Numbered from the stretch's first letter, positions 29,175 through 42,403 are shown. The stretch: 64,000 nt of DNA from an uncultured Gemmatimonadales bacterium (GCA_963728915.1 CAVSLV010000001.1:352001-416000); one strand, 5' to 3'. Numbers and translations are program-made. Notes: generated by a model from the letters alone, not told the origin.

Positions 29175-30138
29175 GAATCGCCCTGGCGCTCGCGGGACTC
29201 GTCATCCTCGCGGCACTGGTCGGACTCGCGCTCGGTGCGGTGGCGCTCAGCCCGGGCGAGGTCGCCGCCGGCCTCTTCTCGCCCGGGGCCCCTGCCGCCG
29301 ACATCGTGCGGCAGATCAGGCTGCCGCGGGTGCTCCTCGCCTTTCTGGTCGGCGGGAGTCTGGGGGTGTGCGGGGCCGCGCTCCAGGCGCTGGTGCGTAA
29401 CCCGCTCGCCGATCCATTCCTGCTGGGGATCTCGGGGGGGCGGGTCTGGCCGCGGTGGTGGCGCTCGGGCTCGGGTGGTCGGGACCCTGGTCCCTGCCCC
29501 TGGCCGCGTTCGGGGGAGGCCTCGCCGCGGTGGCCCTGGTGTATCGGCTGAGTACGGTGGCGGGCCGGCCGCTCGATCCCCGGGTGCTGGTCCTCGCCGG
29601 CGTGGTCGTGAGCGCGTTCACCGGCGCGCTCATGGCGGCGATTCTCACCCTCTCCACCGCGGAGCAGCTCCGCAATGCCTTCTTCTGGATGCTGGGCGGA
29701 TTCTCGTCCGCTTCCTGGGCCTCGGTCACCACGTTTCTCGTGTACGCGCTGGTTCCCCTGGCGGTCATCGCGGCGTCGGCCCGTCCGCTCGATCTCCTGT
29801 CCCTCGGCGAAGAGCCGGCAGTCTCGCTTGGGCTCGACGTCACCCGGGCGCGACGGGTGGTGTATCTCGCGACGTCGCTGCTCACCGCGGCGAGCGTGGC
29901 GGTCTGCGGGATTGTCGGGTTTGTCGGCCTCATCGCGCCCCACGCGATGCGCGGCCTCCTGGGACCGGCACACCGCCGGCTCCTCCCGGCCGTGTTCCTT
30001 GCCAGCGGCGCCTTCCTGGTGCTCGCCGATGCCGCAGCCCGCACTGTGGTCCGCCCGATCGAGCTTCCGGTCGGGGTGATCACCGCGCTGGTCGGGGTGC
30101 CGGTGTTCGCCGGTCTCCTTCACCGGTCGCTCCGATGA
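29171..30138 (+). CDS. btuC: Cobalamin ABC permease (FecCD family), frameshifted at G7 run 29434-29440
   Basis: [21 protein letters not shown] in one frame continues as [18 protein letters not shown] in another; one extra G restores it. Confidence 0.85.
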
Positions 30139-30917
30139 GCCTGTCGGCACCGGGCGTCACGGCGCGGTATCCGGGGAACCCGATGGATGCGATCAACGGA
30201 GTGGATCTCCATCTCGCCGATCACGAGCTGGTGGCGCTGGTGGGACCGAACGGGTGCGGGAAGACCACGCTGCTCCGCTGCGTGATGGGACTGCTCCCGC
30301 TCCGGTCGGGCGAGGTCCTGCTCGACCGGCGGGATCTCAAGGCCTGGTCCCGCGCGGAGCTGGCCCGGCGCATCGCCCTGGTGCCCCAGCGGGAGGAGAC
30401 CCCGTTTTCCTGGCGGGTGGACCAGATGGTCGGGTTCGGGCGCTACGTCTGGCGCGGCCCGCTGAGCCCGATGCACGCCGAGGATCGAGCCGCGATCGAC
30501 CGCGCGCTCACCCGGTGCGACCTGATCCCGCTGACCGGGCGGCGGGTGGAGACGCTCTCGGGAGGCGAGTGGCAGCGGGTGCGGATCGCGCGGGCGCTGG
30601 CCCAGGAGGCGGGCTTTCTCTTTCTCGATGAGCCCACCGCGTCGCTCGACCTCGGCCATGAGATGGAGCTGCTCGAGCTGGTGCGGCGCCTGGTGGATGA
30701 AGGACTCGCCGCCCTGGTGGTGACCCACGAGCTGAATCTCGCCGCCCGGTTCGCCGACCGGATCGTCCTGCTGGCGGAGGGATCGGTGGTGGCGAGCGGA
30801 CCGCCCCACGAGGTGATGCGAGCCGACATCCTGTCGCGGGTGTTTCGCTGGCCGGTCGCCGTCGGCGAGTCGCCCGAGGGCCGCCCCCAGATCGTTCCGC
30901 TCCGCGATTATTCTTGA
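30135..30917 (+). CDS. btuD: Cobalamin/iron-chelate ABC ATPase
   Basis: GPNGCGKTT, LSGGEWQR and LDEPTASLD motifs. Confidence 0.88.
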   Translation: MSLSAPGVTARYPGNPMDAINGVDLHLADHELVALVGPNGCGKTTLLRCVMGLLPLRSGEVLLDRRDLKAWSRAELARRIALVPQREETPFSWRVDQMVGFGRYVWRGPLSPMHAEDRAAIDRALTRCDLIPLTGRRVETLSGGEWQRVRIARALAQEAGFLFLDEPTASLDLGHEMELLELVRRLVDEGLAALVVTHELNLAARFADRIVLLAEGSVVASGPPHEVMRADILSRVFRWPVAVGESPEGRPQIVPLRDYS

Positions 30918-30920
30918 AGG

Positions 30921-31976
30921 ATGCGGTTCCGGTTCGTGCTCGCGGCAGGAGCTTGCCTGGGATGCGCGGCGACCACGCCCTCCTCCCCCCTTCCTCGCGA
31001 CGTGCTCGTGGTACTCAATGCTCAGGCCGCCAGCCTGAGCCTCATACCGATTTCCGGTGGCGGATCGAGCGAGGTGGTGACCCTCGGCGCGATCGGCGGG
31101 ACCCCCCATGCCATGGCTTCGCGGGGCAGCGAGGTCCTGGTGACCACGGGCGAATCGGGAACGATCGCCCGGCTCAATCTGGATAATGGCGTTTCGGCGG
31201 TGGTGTACCAGCTCCCCGCAGGTGCGGGAGCCGGCGGAGCGGTGTTCGTCGATGACAGCCTGGCGTATGTCACCAACCCGCTGAACGATCGGGTGACCCG
31301 GTTCAATTTCAGGACCGGCGATACCGTGAGTGTGGCGGTGGGCCACAGCCCGGTGGCCGCGGCGATCACCCGGGGTCGCCTCTTCGTGGTGAACGCCAAT
31401 CTCGATCCGGCCTGCCCGTTCACCGATCCCTGCATCCTCGGGCCGAGCTGGATCACGGTGCTCGATCCGGTCTCCACCGTTCTGGTCGATTCCATTCCGT
31501 TGGTGGGACCCGGCAACGCGGTGGCGATCGACGTGGGCGGCGATGGGCAGCTCTACGTGCTGAGCGCCGGCGTCAATGACGGCGAGGCCTCGATGGGACG
31601 GGTGAGCATCATCGACCCGATCCTGCGCGCCGAGGTCGGAAGCTTCGCGGGATTCGGGGTCCTCCCCAACAACCTCGCCTCCGATCGGCGGGAACGGCTT
31701 TTCGTCACTTCCGAGTCCGAGGGGCTGATGGAATTCAACACTCGAACCCGGCGAGTGGTGCGAGGGGCAGGATCGGGGATTCCACTCCAGGGCGCCACCG
31801 CGGCGGCGGTGGACGGAGACGGGTTCATCTACGCGGTGGAGGCGGGCGGCTGTTCGGGATCGAATTCCGGGCGGGTCCGGGTATTCCGTCCCGATCTCAC
31901 TGAATTCCGCGTGGTCCAGACCGGGCCCTGTTCGATCGCCGCCACCCAGGTCAAGCTGCCGCCGCTCGCGCAGTAG
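30921..31976 (+). CDS. YncE-like beta-propeller lipoprotein
   Basis: LGC lipobox; repeated blades (AYVTN, VAVGHSP, RLFVVN, LYVLS, LFVTS, IYAVE). Confidence 0.82.
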   Translation: MRFRFVLAAGACLGCAATTPSSPLPRDVLVVLNAQAASLSLIPISGGGSSEVVTLGAIGGTPHAMASRGSEVLVTTGESGTIARLNLDNGVSAVVYQLPAGAGAGGAVFVDDSLAYVTNPLNDRVTRFNFRTGDTVSVAVGHSPVAAAITRGRLFVVNANLDPACPFTDPCILGPSWITVLDPVSTVLVDSIPLVGPGNAVAIDVGGDGQLYVLSAGVNDGEASMGRVSIIDPILRAEVGSFAGFGVLPNNLASDRRERLFVTSESEGLMEFNTRTRRVVRGAGSGIPLQGATAAAVDGDGFIYAVEAGGCSGSNSGRVRVFRPDLTEFRVVQTGPCSIAATQVKLPPLAQ

Positions 31977-31984
31977 CGGGACGG

Positions 31985-32743
31985 ATGCCGTCCCTCGCCA
32001 CGCCGGCCATCGTTCTCTCGCTGATCCCGTACCGGGAAACCTCGCGGATCATCCGGCTGGCCACGCGGGAGCTCGGGTTGCAGAGCGTGATCGCGAAAGG
32101 GGCGACCCGGCCCCGGAGCCGGTTCGGCGCGGCGCTTCAGGTGTTCACCGCGGGGACCGCCACGATCCTGCCGTCCCGGAGCGGCGATCTTCACACCCTG
32201 ACGGGCTTCGACGCCGAGCGGGTTAGGATCGGCCTGGGAGAGCGGCTGGACCGGTTCGCCGCGGCCTCGCTCCTCACCGAGCTGATGCTGCACTTCGCCC
32301 CGGCCTCCCACCATCCCGAGAGCTTCGAGCTGCTCGACGACGCCCTGGCCATTCTCGAGGCGGCGCCCGCGGTCGCGGTCGAGCCGCTGGCGCTCCGATC
32401 CCTCTGGCGGATGGTCGCGGTGCTGGGGTTCTCGCCCGCGCTGGCCGGATGCGCCCGCTGCGGCGCCGATCCCGGGGCGGGAGCGGCGTGCTTCTCGCCC
32501 CAGGACGGCGGGCTCCTCTGCGTCCGCTGTGCCCGGGGCACGGTCGGGTCGCGACTGGGTCCCGGGGATCGGGCCGCGCTGCTCTCCTGGCTCGACCCCC
32601 GGGCCGAGCTGCCGGTGCTCGACGATCGCCACCTCGCGGCGCATCGCCGCCTGCTCGAGCGATACATCCGGTTTCATCTCGCCGAAGGCGCGGCGCTCCC
32701 CGCGCTCGCCTTCTGGGTGACGCAGGGCTGGCTCGCCGCGTGA
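31985..32743 (+). CDS. recO: DNA repair protein RecO
   Basis: YRETSRI..T...G....AKGA.RPRSRFGAALQ; C-terminal CxxC..CxxC. Confidence 0.93.
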   Translation: MPSLATPAIVLSLIPYRETSRIIRLATRELGLQSVIAKGATRPRSRFGAALQVFTAGTATILPSRSGDLHTLTGFDAERVRIGLGERLDRFAAASLLTELMLHFAPASHHPESFELLDDALAILEAAPAVAVEPLALRSLWRMVAVLGFSPALAGCARCGADPGAGAACFSPQDGGLLCVRCARGTVGSRLGPGDRAALLSWLDPRAELPVLDDRHLAAHRRLLERYIRFHLAEGAALPALAFWVTQGWLAA

Positions 32744-34572
32744 TCATCGGCACCGCCGGGCACATCGATCACGGGAAGTCCGCGCTGGTGACCGCGCTCA
32801 CCGGACGAGCGGTGGACCGGCTCATCGAGGAACAGCGCCGCGGAATCACCATCGATCTCAATTTCGCTCCCCTCCTGCTGCCGGGGTTGCCCCCTGCCGG
32901 GATGGTGGACGTCCCCGGTCACGAGGACCTGGTCCGCACCATGGTCGCCGGAGCATCGGGGATCGACCTGGTGCTGCTGGTGGTCGACGCCGCGCAGGGG
33001 CCCGAGCCGCAGACCTGGGAGCACCTGGCCATCGTCGAGCAGCTCGGCATTCGCCGGGGGATTCCGGTGCTCACCAAGGCCGATCTGGTGGAGCCCGAGT
33101 GGCTCGAGCTGGTGAAGGCCGAGCTGATCGCGCGGCTGGGCGCCTCGCCGGTCGGCTTCACCGCGCCGGCGGTGGTGTCCGCCATAACCCGCGCCGGGAT
33201 CCCCGAGCTGCTGGACCGGCTGCGGGAGGAGGTCCAGCGGACCTCCTCTCCGGCCCCGGTCGCGCCGGACGGCTTTCGCATGCCGGTCGATCGGGCCTTC
33301 TCGATCGCCGGGACCGGAACCGTGCTGACCGGAACGCCCTGGTCCGGGGAGCTTCGGATCGGGGATTCGGTCCGTTTGCTGCCCTCGGGGCAGGAAGGGC
33401 GGGTTCGCTCCCTCGAGGCGTACGGGGCTCCGGTGGAATCGGCCCACCCGGGGCAGCGCGCCGCGATCGGCGTGGCGGGGCTCGACCGGAGTGCCATTCA
33501 CCGGGGCGAGACCCTGGTGTGCGAACGGCTGCCCTGGCAGGCCACCCCCGCGCTCGATGCCGAGCTCACCCTGCTGCCGGGGTCTCCGGCGCTGACCCGG
33601 CAGACCCGGGTTAGGGTGCTCCACGGAACCGCCGAGGTGCTGGCCCGGGTCTATCCCAGGAGCCCGATCGGGCCGGGACAGCGCGGCCTGGCCCGGCTCG
33701 CGCTGGAAGCGCCCCTGGTGGCCCGGGGCGGAGATCGGCTGGTGCTGCGGCGATACTCGCCCCTCGCCACCATCGGGGGTGGCCGCATTCTCGATCCCCG
33801 CCCTCCCCGGCGCGCCCCCTGGCCGGAGCAGCTGGCCCGGTCCGGGGAGGAGCATATCATCGCCCTGATCGAGCGACGTGACCATGCGGTGGCGATCGAG
33901 GACTTGCCGCTCCTGGTCGGAGCTAGCTCCCAGGCGGTCCAGCTGGAGCTCGCCAAGAGCCGGAAAATCCGCCGGGTAGGGGCGCTGGCGGTCACGGTCT
34001 CGTGGCTGGATCGGACCAGGCAGGAGGCCGTGTTCGCGGTGGATGAGTTCCATGTAAAACACCCCGAGGCCCCCGGGATTTCGCTCGAGACGCTCCGGCG
34101 GAGCCTCTCGGGGGACGCCAGGGTGATCGGCGGTGTGCTCGAGAACCTCGCCGCCCTGGGGACCCTGGTCGTTCGAGATGGCATCGCCGCCCTTCCCGGC
34201 TTTCGCCAGCGTCTCGCGGGGACGCCCGACCAGATGGAGGCGATCAGTCGGTTGCTCGACGAGGTCGGGCTCGAGCCGCCTACGGTCCCCGAATTGGAAG
34301 ACCGCCTGGGTCAGCGTGGGTTGAATGCCGTGCTCAGGAGGATGGCGGCGGAAAAGAAGGTGATCGCCGTTTCCGTGGATCGCTATTTCTCCACACAAGC
34401 GACCGAACGGTTCCTCAGTGAGGTACGCGATCTCGCCAAGTCAGGGCCAGTTACACCGGCAGCCCTCAGGGACCGGTTGGGGATCTCCCGGAAGTACCTT
34501 ATCCCCCTGCTGGAATGGTCGGACCGCTCAGGGGTCACCAAACGGGAGGGAGACTCCAGGGTGCTGGTGTGA
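32740..34572 (+). CDS. selB: Selenocysteine-specific elongation factor
   Basis: IIGTAGHIDHGKS, EEQRRGITIDL, DVPGHE, winged-helix tail SRKYLIPLLE. Confidence 0.96.
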   Translation: MIIGTAGHIDHGKSALVTALTGRAVDRLIEEQRRGITIDLNFAPLLLPGLPPAGMVDVPGHEDLVRTMVAGASGIDLVLLVVDAAQGPEPQTWEHLAIVEQLGIRRGIPVLTKADLVEPEWLELVKAELIARLGASPVGFTAPAVVSAITRAGIPELLDRLREEVQRTSSPAPVAPDGFRMPVDRAFSIAGTGTVLTGTPWSGELRIGDSVRLLPSGQEGRVRSLEAYGAPVESAHPGQRAAIGVAGLDRSAIHRGETLVCERLPWQATPALDAELTLLPGSPALTRQTRVRVLHGTAEVLARVYPRSPIGPGQRGLARLALEAPLVARGGDRLVLRRYSPLATIGGGRILDPRPPRRAPWPEQLARSGEEHIIALIERRDHAVAIEDLPLLVGASSQAVQLELAKSRKIRRVGALAVTVSWLDRTRQEAVFAVDEFHVKHPEAPGISLETLRRSLSGDARVIGGVLENLAALGTLVVRDGIAALPGFRQRLAGTPDQMEAISRLLDEVGLEPPTVPELEDRLGQRGLNAVLRRMAAEKKVIAVSVDRYFSTQATERFLSEVRDLAKSGPVTPAALRDRLGISRKYLIPLLEWSDRSGVTKREGDSRVLV

Positions 34573-34628
34573 AACCCTGCCGTTTTGGCTGGAATCGGGG
34601 GCATGGAAGATGACTGAAAGTTGGCTCT

Positions 34629-37248
<2,620 letters not shown>

Positions 37249-37256
<8 letters not shown>

Positions 37257-37716
37257 CCCTCCGGTTGCAGACGCCGATCTGGCCGGGATGCGCGCCGCCC
37301 TGGCGCTGGCCCGGCGCGCCGCGGAGCTGGGCGAGGTGCCGGTCGGCGCGGTCGTGATGGGCGACGGGGCCGTGTTAGGGGAGGCCCACAACGAATGCGT
37401 CGCCCGGAAGGATCCCACCGCCCACGCCGAGCTGATCGCGCTCCAGCGCGCCTTGGCGCTGACCGGGGCGGGCCGGCTTCCCGATGCGACGCTCTACGTG
37501 ACCCTCGAGCCCTGCGCCCAGTGCGCCGGGGCCGCGGTGCTGGCCAGGGTCGGGCGGGTGGTCTATGGCGCCACCGATCCCAAGGCGGGCATGGCGGGAT
37601 CGGTGGGGGAGTTGCTGCGGCACCCCGCGCTCAACCACCGCCCCGAGGTGATCGGCGGCGCGCTGGCGGAGGAGTGCGGAGCCTTGCTGGTGGAATTCTT
37701 CCAGGAACGACGGTAG
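37249..37716 (+). CDS. tadA: tRNA adenosine(34) deaminase
   Basis: [15 protein letters not shown] and TLEPCAQC motifs. Confidence 0.93.
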
Positions 37717-37717
37717 C

Positions 37718-40700
37718 TCAGGGCAGGGTCGCGAACAGACGCAACAGGTTGCTGATATCCACCGGCTTGGTGAAGTAGTGATCGATCCCGGCATCGCGCG
37801 CCCGGGCCCTGAGCTCCTCCTGACCGTACCCGCTCACCGCGATCACCTGCAGGGGCCGATCGCCGGCCTCCTCCCGGAGGGCCCGGGCCACTTCGATCCC
37901 GTCGCGCCCGGGAAGCCCGATATCCAGCAGGACGATGTCGGGGTGGATCTGCTTCGCGAGCTCGAGGGCGGTCTCGCCGTCCTCCGCGGTGTTCACCTGG
38001 TGGCTCGCGTGGCGGAGCAGCATGGAGAGGGTTTCCGCGGCGTCGGGATTGTCGTCCACGATGAGGATCCGCCGGCTTCGCGGGTGCTGGCCGGCCTGGC
38101 GGCGCTCGACCCGCTGTTCGGGAGGACGGGCCGGCAGGGGGACGTGCACCACGAACTCGGCCCCCTGGTCCGGGCCGGCGCTGCGGGCCTCCACGGTTCC
38201 TCCGTGGAGCTGCACAATGCTTCGCACCAGCGTCAATCCGAGTCCTAACCCGCCCTGCACCCGGTCCAGGGATTGCTCCGCCTGGATGAAGGGATCGAAG
38301 ATGCGGGGCAACAGCTCCGCGGGGATCCCTCGCCCCTCATCCTGCACCCGAAGCTCCGCGAAGCCCGGGGCCGGATGTTCGATCCGGGCCAGACGGAGCC
38401 GGATCACCCGGTCCGGGTCGCTGAACTTGGAGGCGTTGGTCAGCAGGTTGTCCACCAGCTGTTCGATCCGGACCGGATCGGCTTCCAGGTAGAGGGGCGC
38501 ATCGGGAATGTCCGCCTCGAGCTGCTGGCCCCGGCCCTCGATGGTCGGCCGGAACAGCTCGGTCGCTCGCCGGATGACCGCACCGAGGTCGACCACCTCG
38601 CGGTGGAGGCGAAGCTGCCCTCGGGAGATTCTCGAGATGTCGAGCAGATCATCCGTCATCCGGGAAAGATTCCGGATCTGCCGTTCAAAGATGCCTCGCA
38701 ACGAATCAATCCGGTCCCGGGTGATGTCGGGGGCGCCCAGCAGCTGGGACGCGTTGAGGAGCGGGGCGAGCGGGTTCCTGAGCTCGTGCGCCAACATCGC
38801 CAGGAACTCGTTCTTGGATCGGTCAGCGGCCTGGAGCTCCGTTTCGCGCTGCTTGCGCTCCTCGATCTCCTGCACGAACGCTACGCCGCTCACCGGCTTG
38901 CCGGCGGCGTCCCGCAGGGCAAAACCATGGACTTCGACCCAGATCGGATGCCCGCTCTTGTGGAGGTGGCGCCGCTCCTGCCGGTAGGAGGTGGTTCTGC
39001 CCGAGAGCACCGCCTCGGAAAGCTCGGCGGCGCGGAGGCGTTCCTCGGTGGGGAGGAACTCCTCGAACGGATGACCGATCAGCTCCTCCCGGGTGTAGCC
39101 CGTAATGTCGCAGTACCGCGGATTGACCTCCAGGTAGCGACCGTCGAGATCCACCTCCCGGATTCCCAGGGGCGCCTGGTCGTGCAGGACCCGGAGACGC
39201 TCCAGATTCTGGCGGACGCTCTCCTCGGCTTCCTTGAGCTCATGGATATCCACCAGCAGCAACACCACCCCCTCGATCCGGTTTTCCGCGGTGCGGTAGG
39301 GGCGGAGTCGCAGCGAATACCAGCGACCGCTCCGGTCCCGCACCACCTGCTCTCGCGAGGCGACCGTGCCCATCACCTCGACCAGCATGCCCTCGAGCCC
39401 GGGGAGGTCGATGTTGGGCTTGATGTCGGTGATCGGGCGTCCGATGTCGGTCGTGATCAGGTTGAGCAGCCGCTCCGCGCTCGGAGTGAACCATCGGATC
39501 CGGAAGTCATCACCCAGCATCACGATCGGAATCTGGACGCTGGAGATGAGGTTGGTGAGGTCGTTGTTACTGCGCGAGAGCTCCAGGTTCCGGTTACTCA
39601 GCTCGTCGTTGACGGTGGCCAGCTCTTCGCTGCTCGACTGAATTTCCTCTTTCGAAGTCTCCAGCTCCTCGTTGATGCTCTGGAGCTCCTCGTTGGAGGA
39701 CTGGACCTCTTCATTGGCCGACTGAAGCTCTTCGTTCGCCGTTTCCTGCTGTTCGATCACGGACTGGAGGTACTCCCGCGTGGCCGCCAGCTCCTGGCGA
39801 AGCCGAACCACCTCCGCGGCGGCCTTCTCGCCCCGCGGCAGCATGAGGCGCGGCAACTCGGTCGGCCTGGCGCGAGCCCGGGCCGTGACGGCGTCATCGA
39901 AGACGACCAGGAAGACCGGCTCCCGGATCGCAATGGAACGGACCGGGATGACCTCCACGCTGACCTTGCGTTGCGACCCATCCACCTCCAGGGGCAGGTT
40001 TTCCTGGCGGACCGGGCGCTCTTCCCGCTTGGCTTTGAGCAGGGCGGCCCGGACCCCGACCAGCAGACTCTCCCGCAGCATCTTGAGCAGGCTGAGACTG
40101 GCCCTTCCTGCCAGCGGCGCCACGTACGGACTGGTGTCACCCCGGTAATGCAGGATCTCGAACTCGGCATTGACCAGGACTCCGGGCGGGGCGTACCGAG
40201 ACAGAAGCAGCCGATCGGATTCGCGGTACGGGTCGATCCCGGCAACGGAGAGCTCACCGGGCTTGTCGGACGCGGGAGGCTTCTCCACCGGCAGTCGGTG
40301 GGCCAGGTGGACCAGCCCTCGGACCTGAGGCGGCACCGGATTTCGCTTGTAGAGCCTCTCCTTGGCGTCGATCTGTTCGAACAGATTCCGGTAGGAGCCC
40401 ACGGTCTCCGAATGCCCGAGCCAGAGGTACCCGCCGGGGTTCAGGGCGTAGTGGAGCACCGGAATCAGTCGCTGCTGGAGCGGACTGTCCATATAGATGA
40501 GGACGTTCCGGCAGGTGATCAGGTCGACGTGGGAGAACGGGGGATCCTGGAGGGCGTTGTGTCGAGCGAAGACCACCATGTCCCGGATCGCCTTGGTGAC
40601 CCGGTATCCACCCTCCGCCTCAAGGAAGAACCGGCGCAACCGCTCAGGCGACACGTCGTGCTCGATGCTCTTGGCATAGAATCCCGCCCGTGCCCGATCG

Positions 40701-41851
40701 ATCCCCGCGGAGCTCAGGTCGCTGGCGAAGACCTGTACCGTGATCGCGCGACCGGGACCCGCTGCGAACTCGGAAAACACCATGGCGACCGAGTAGGCCT
40801 CCTCACCGGTCGAGCAGCCCAGAACCCAGATCCGCACCGGCATCTGGCGGGATCGGTCCCGGGTCAGCTCCGGGAAGACCCGTTTCTTGAGGAGCTCGAA
40901 CCCCTCCGGGTTACGAAAGAAACTGGTGACATTGATCAGGATGTCCTGAAACAGCGCCTCGGCTTCCCCCGGTGTGGTGGTGACCAGCCTTTCGTAATCC
41001 TTGATCTCTTCGATCCGGTGGAGGACCATGCGGCGAGCGATTCGCCGGAGCACCGTATTCCGCTTGTAGTCGATGAAGTCGATGCCGGTCCGGGTTCGAA
41101 CCGCCTCCAGGATACCGGCGAGGCGATCCTCGGGCACCTCGACCGGCGGGGCTTCCTCCTGGGCGATCACCAGGGGATGCTTGCCGATCCGGACAATCTC
41201 CGCCGCGATTTGTTCGGGAGGGAGGATGAAATCGATACACCCGGCGGCGATGGCGCTCTGTGGCATGCTCTGCTGATGTGCGGATTCGTCCTGGGCGAAC
41301 GTGATGCCGCCCCCCGCCTTGATTTCCTCACATCCCCTGGTGCCGTCATTGGCGGTGCCGGAAAGGATGACGCCGATGGCCAGGTGCCCCTGTTCCCCCG
41401 CAAGGGTGGCAAGGAATCGGTCGATCGGATGGTAGCTGCCTTCCGAACGGGTCCTCGGGGTCAGGTTGAGCAAGCCGTCGGCCACCTCGAGACCGGCGCC
41501 GGGTGGGATCACATAGACGACATTGGGTTCGACCGGCATATCATCCTCGACCGTTTTGACCGGCATCGAGGTCGCCCGAGCCATGATGTCGCCGAGCAGG
41601 CTGGTCCGATCAGGGGAAAGGTGATGTACCAGGACGAAGGCCATCCCGGTGTCCGTCGGAAGCGCTTGAAGCAGCTGGGTGGAAGCTTCGATCCCACCCG
41701 CAGACGCTCCGATCCCGACTACGGGGAAGGGCAGCGCAGACTGAAGCCGGACCCGATCCTCGGCGGGGCTGGAATCAGATCTCGCGGGTTTGGGCGCGGC
41801 GACCCTCTGACGAGTTGGTGGCTTCGGATGGTCAGAGCGTTTGCGGGTCAT
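37718..41851 (-). CDS. CheB-CheR fusion hybrid histidine kinase (CheB, CheR, coiled coil, PAS x2, HisKA/HATPase, REC)
   Basis: GASAGG, NVTSFFR, GCSTGEEAYS, NEELQS repeats, LAHELRNPL, GLGLGL and LLDIGLP motifs. Confidence 0.95.
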   Translation of the reverse strand: MTRKRSDHPKPPTRQRVAAPKPARSDSSPAEDRVRLQSALPFPVVGIGASAGGIEASTQLLQALPTDTGMAFVLVHHLSPDRTSLLGDIMARATSMPVKTVEDDMPVEPNVVYVIPPGAGLEVADGLLNLTPRTRSEGSYHPIDRFLATLAGEQGHLAIGVILSGTANDGTRGCEEIKAGGGITFAQDESAHQQSMPQSAIAAGCIDFILPPEQIAAEIVRIGKHPLVIAQEEAPPVEVPEDRLAGILEAVRTRTGIDFIDYKRNTVLRRIARRMVLHRIEEIKDYERLVTTTPGEAEALFQDILINVTSFFRNPEGFELLKKRVFPELTRDRSRQMPVRIWVLGCSTGEEAYSVAMVFSEFAAGPGRAITVQVFASDLSSAGIDRARAGFYAKSIEHDVSPERLRRFFLEAEGGYRVTKAIRDMVVFARHNALQDPPFSHVDLITCRNVLIYMDSPLQQRLIPVLHYALNPGGYLWLGHSETVGSYRNLFEQIDAKERLYKRNPVPPQVRGLVHLAHRLPVEKPPASDKPGELSVAGIDPYRESDRLLLSRYAPPGVLVNAEFEILHYRGDTSPYVAPLAGRASLSLLKMLRESLLVGVRAALLKAKREERPVRQENLPLEVDGSQRKVSVEVIPVRSIAIREPVFLVVFDDAVTARARARPTELPRLMLPRGEKAAAEVVRLRQELAATREYLQSVIEQQETANEELQSANEEVQSSNEELQSINEELETSKEEIQSSSEELATVNDELSNRNLELSRSNNDLTNLISSVQIPIVMLGDDFRIRWFTPSAERLLNLITTDIGRPITDIKPNIDLPGLEGMLVEVMGTVASREQVVRDRSGRWYSLRLRPYRTAENRIEGVVLLLVDIHELKEAEESVRQNLERLRVLHDQAPLGIREVDLDGRYLEVNPRYCDITGYTREELIGHPFEEFLPTEERLRAAELSEAVLSGRTTSYRQERRHLHKSGHPIWVEVHGFALRDAAGKPVSGVAFVQEIEERKQRETELQAADRSKNEFLAMLAHELRNPLAPLLNASQLLGAPDITRDRIDSLRGIFERQIRNLSRMTDDLLDISRISRGQLRLHREVVDLGAVIRRATELFRPTIEGRGQQLEADIPDAPLYLEADPVRIEQLVDNLLTNASKFSDPDRVIRLRLARIEHPAPGFAELRVQDEGRGIPAELLPRIFDPFIQAEQSLDRVQGGLGLGLTLVRSIVQLHGGTVEARSAGPDQGAEFVVHVPLPARPPEQRVERRQAGQHPRSRRILIVDDNPDAAETLSMLLRHASHQVNTAEDGETALELAKQIHPDIVLLDIGLPGRDGIEVARALREEAGDRPLQVIAVSGYGQEELRARARDAGIDHYFTKPVDISNLLRLFATLP

Positions 41852-41939
41852 GGCCCTTTGCGGTTGACCGGGCTTGAAATGGCCGAGCTATGCTACTGCT
41901 TCCGCCACCCGGACCGCAAGCAGGTGTGTGACCGGACTC

Positions 41940-42191
41940 TTAAAGCGAAGGGAATCCGACCGGTGACTGCGCCTTTTCCTCCGGCGGCGAGGGGGACTCC
42001 TGCCGTTCGATGAAGACCCCATGAGCGAGCGTCGCCAGAAACACCGCCGCGAACACCGAAACCAGAAAGATCGTGAGCCCGATCACGCTCACGGCGAAAC
42101 TCCCCGCCGCGAAAAACCCCGCGAGGACCGCGGCGAAGAACAGGAGCCAGGGTCGTGAAGGCGGCGTGCCCCCTGCCTCCGCATCGCTCAC
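41940..42191 (-). CDS. Small two-TM membrane protein
   Basis: GTGA overlap with the csbD stop; long Phe/Ala/Val-rich hydrophobic stretch. Confidence 0.55.
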   Translation of the reverse strand: MSDAEAGGTPPSRPWLLFFAAVLAGFFAAGSFAVSVIGLTIFLVSVFAAVFLATLAHGVFIERQESPSPPEEKAQSPVGFPSL

Positions 42192-42403
42192 CGGCGGGCC
42201 ACGGTGTCGAGGTCCCGCTCGAACTCCTTGACCTCGCGCTCCAGTTCATCTTTCGCGGTGCCGTAGCGCTGCTGGAGAATCCCGAGCAGCTGGTCTCGCT
42301 TGCCGGCGATCACGTCGAGATCGTCATCGGTGAGCTTTCCCCAGTGTTCCTTGAGCTTGCCGCGAAACTCGGTCCAGTGGCCCTCCACATGATCCCAGTT
42401 CAT
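42188..42403 (-). CDS. csbD: CsbD family general stress protein
   Basis: MNWDHVEGHW..KEHWGKLTDDDL..GKRDQL.G.LQQRYG; G-rich RBS. Confidence 0.92.
   Translation of the reverse strand: MNWDHVEGHWTEFRGKLKEHWGKLTDDDLDVIAGKRDQLLGILQQRYGTAKDELEREVKEFERDLDTVARR

Noticed and set aside
34573..34628. CIRCE or sigma54 site before clpB
   Set aside because: No TTAGCACTC inverted repeat, and the -24/-12 match is imperfect.
39590..39790. Repeated NEELQS-type sequence as a DNA repeat element
   Set aside because: Standard coiled-coil linker of CheB/CheR fusion kinases.
38273..42013. 1246-aa plus-strand ORF and other long antisense ORFs
   Set aside because: Opposite well-supported genes; expected in high-GC DNA; no motifs.
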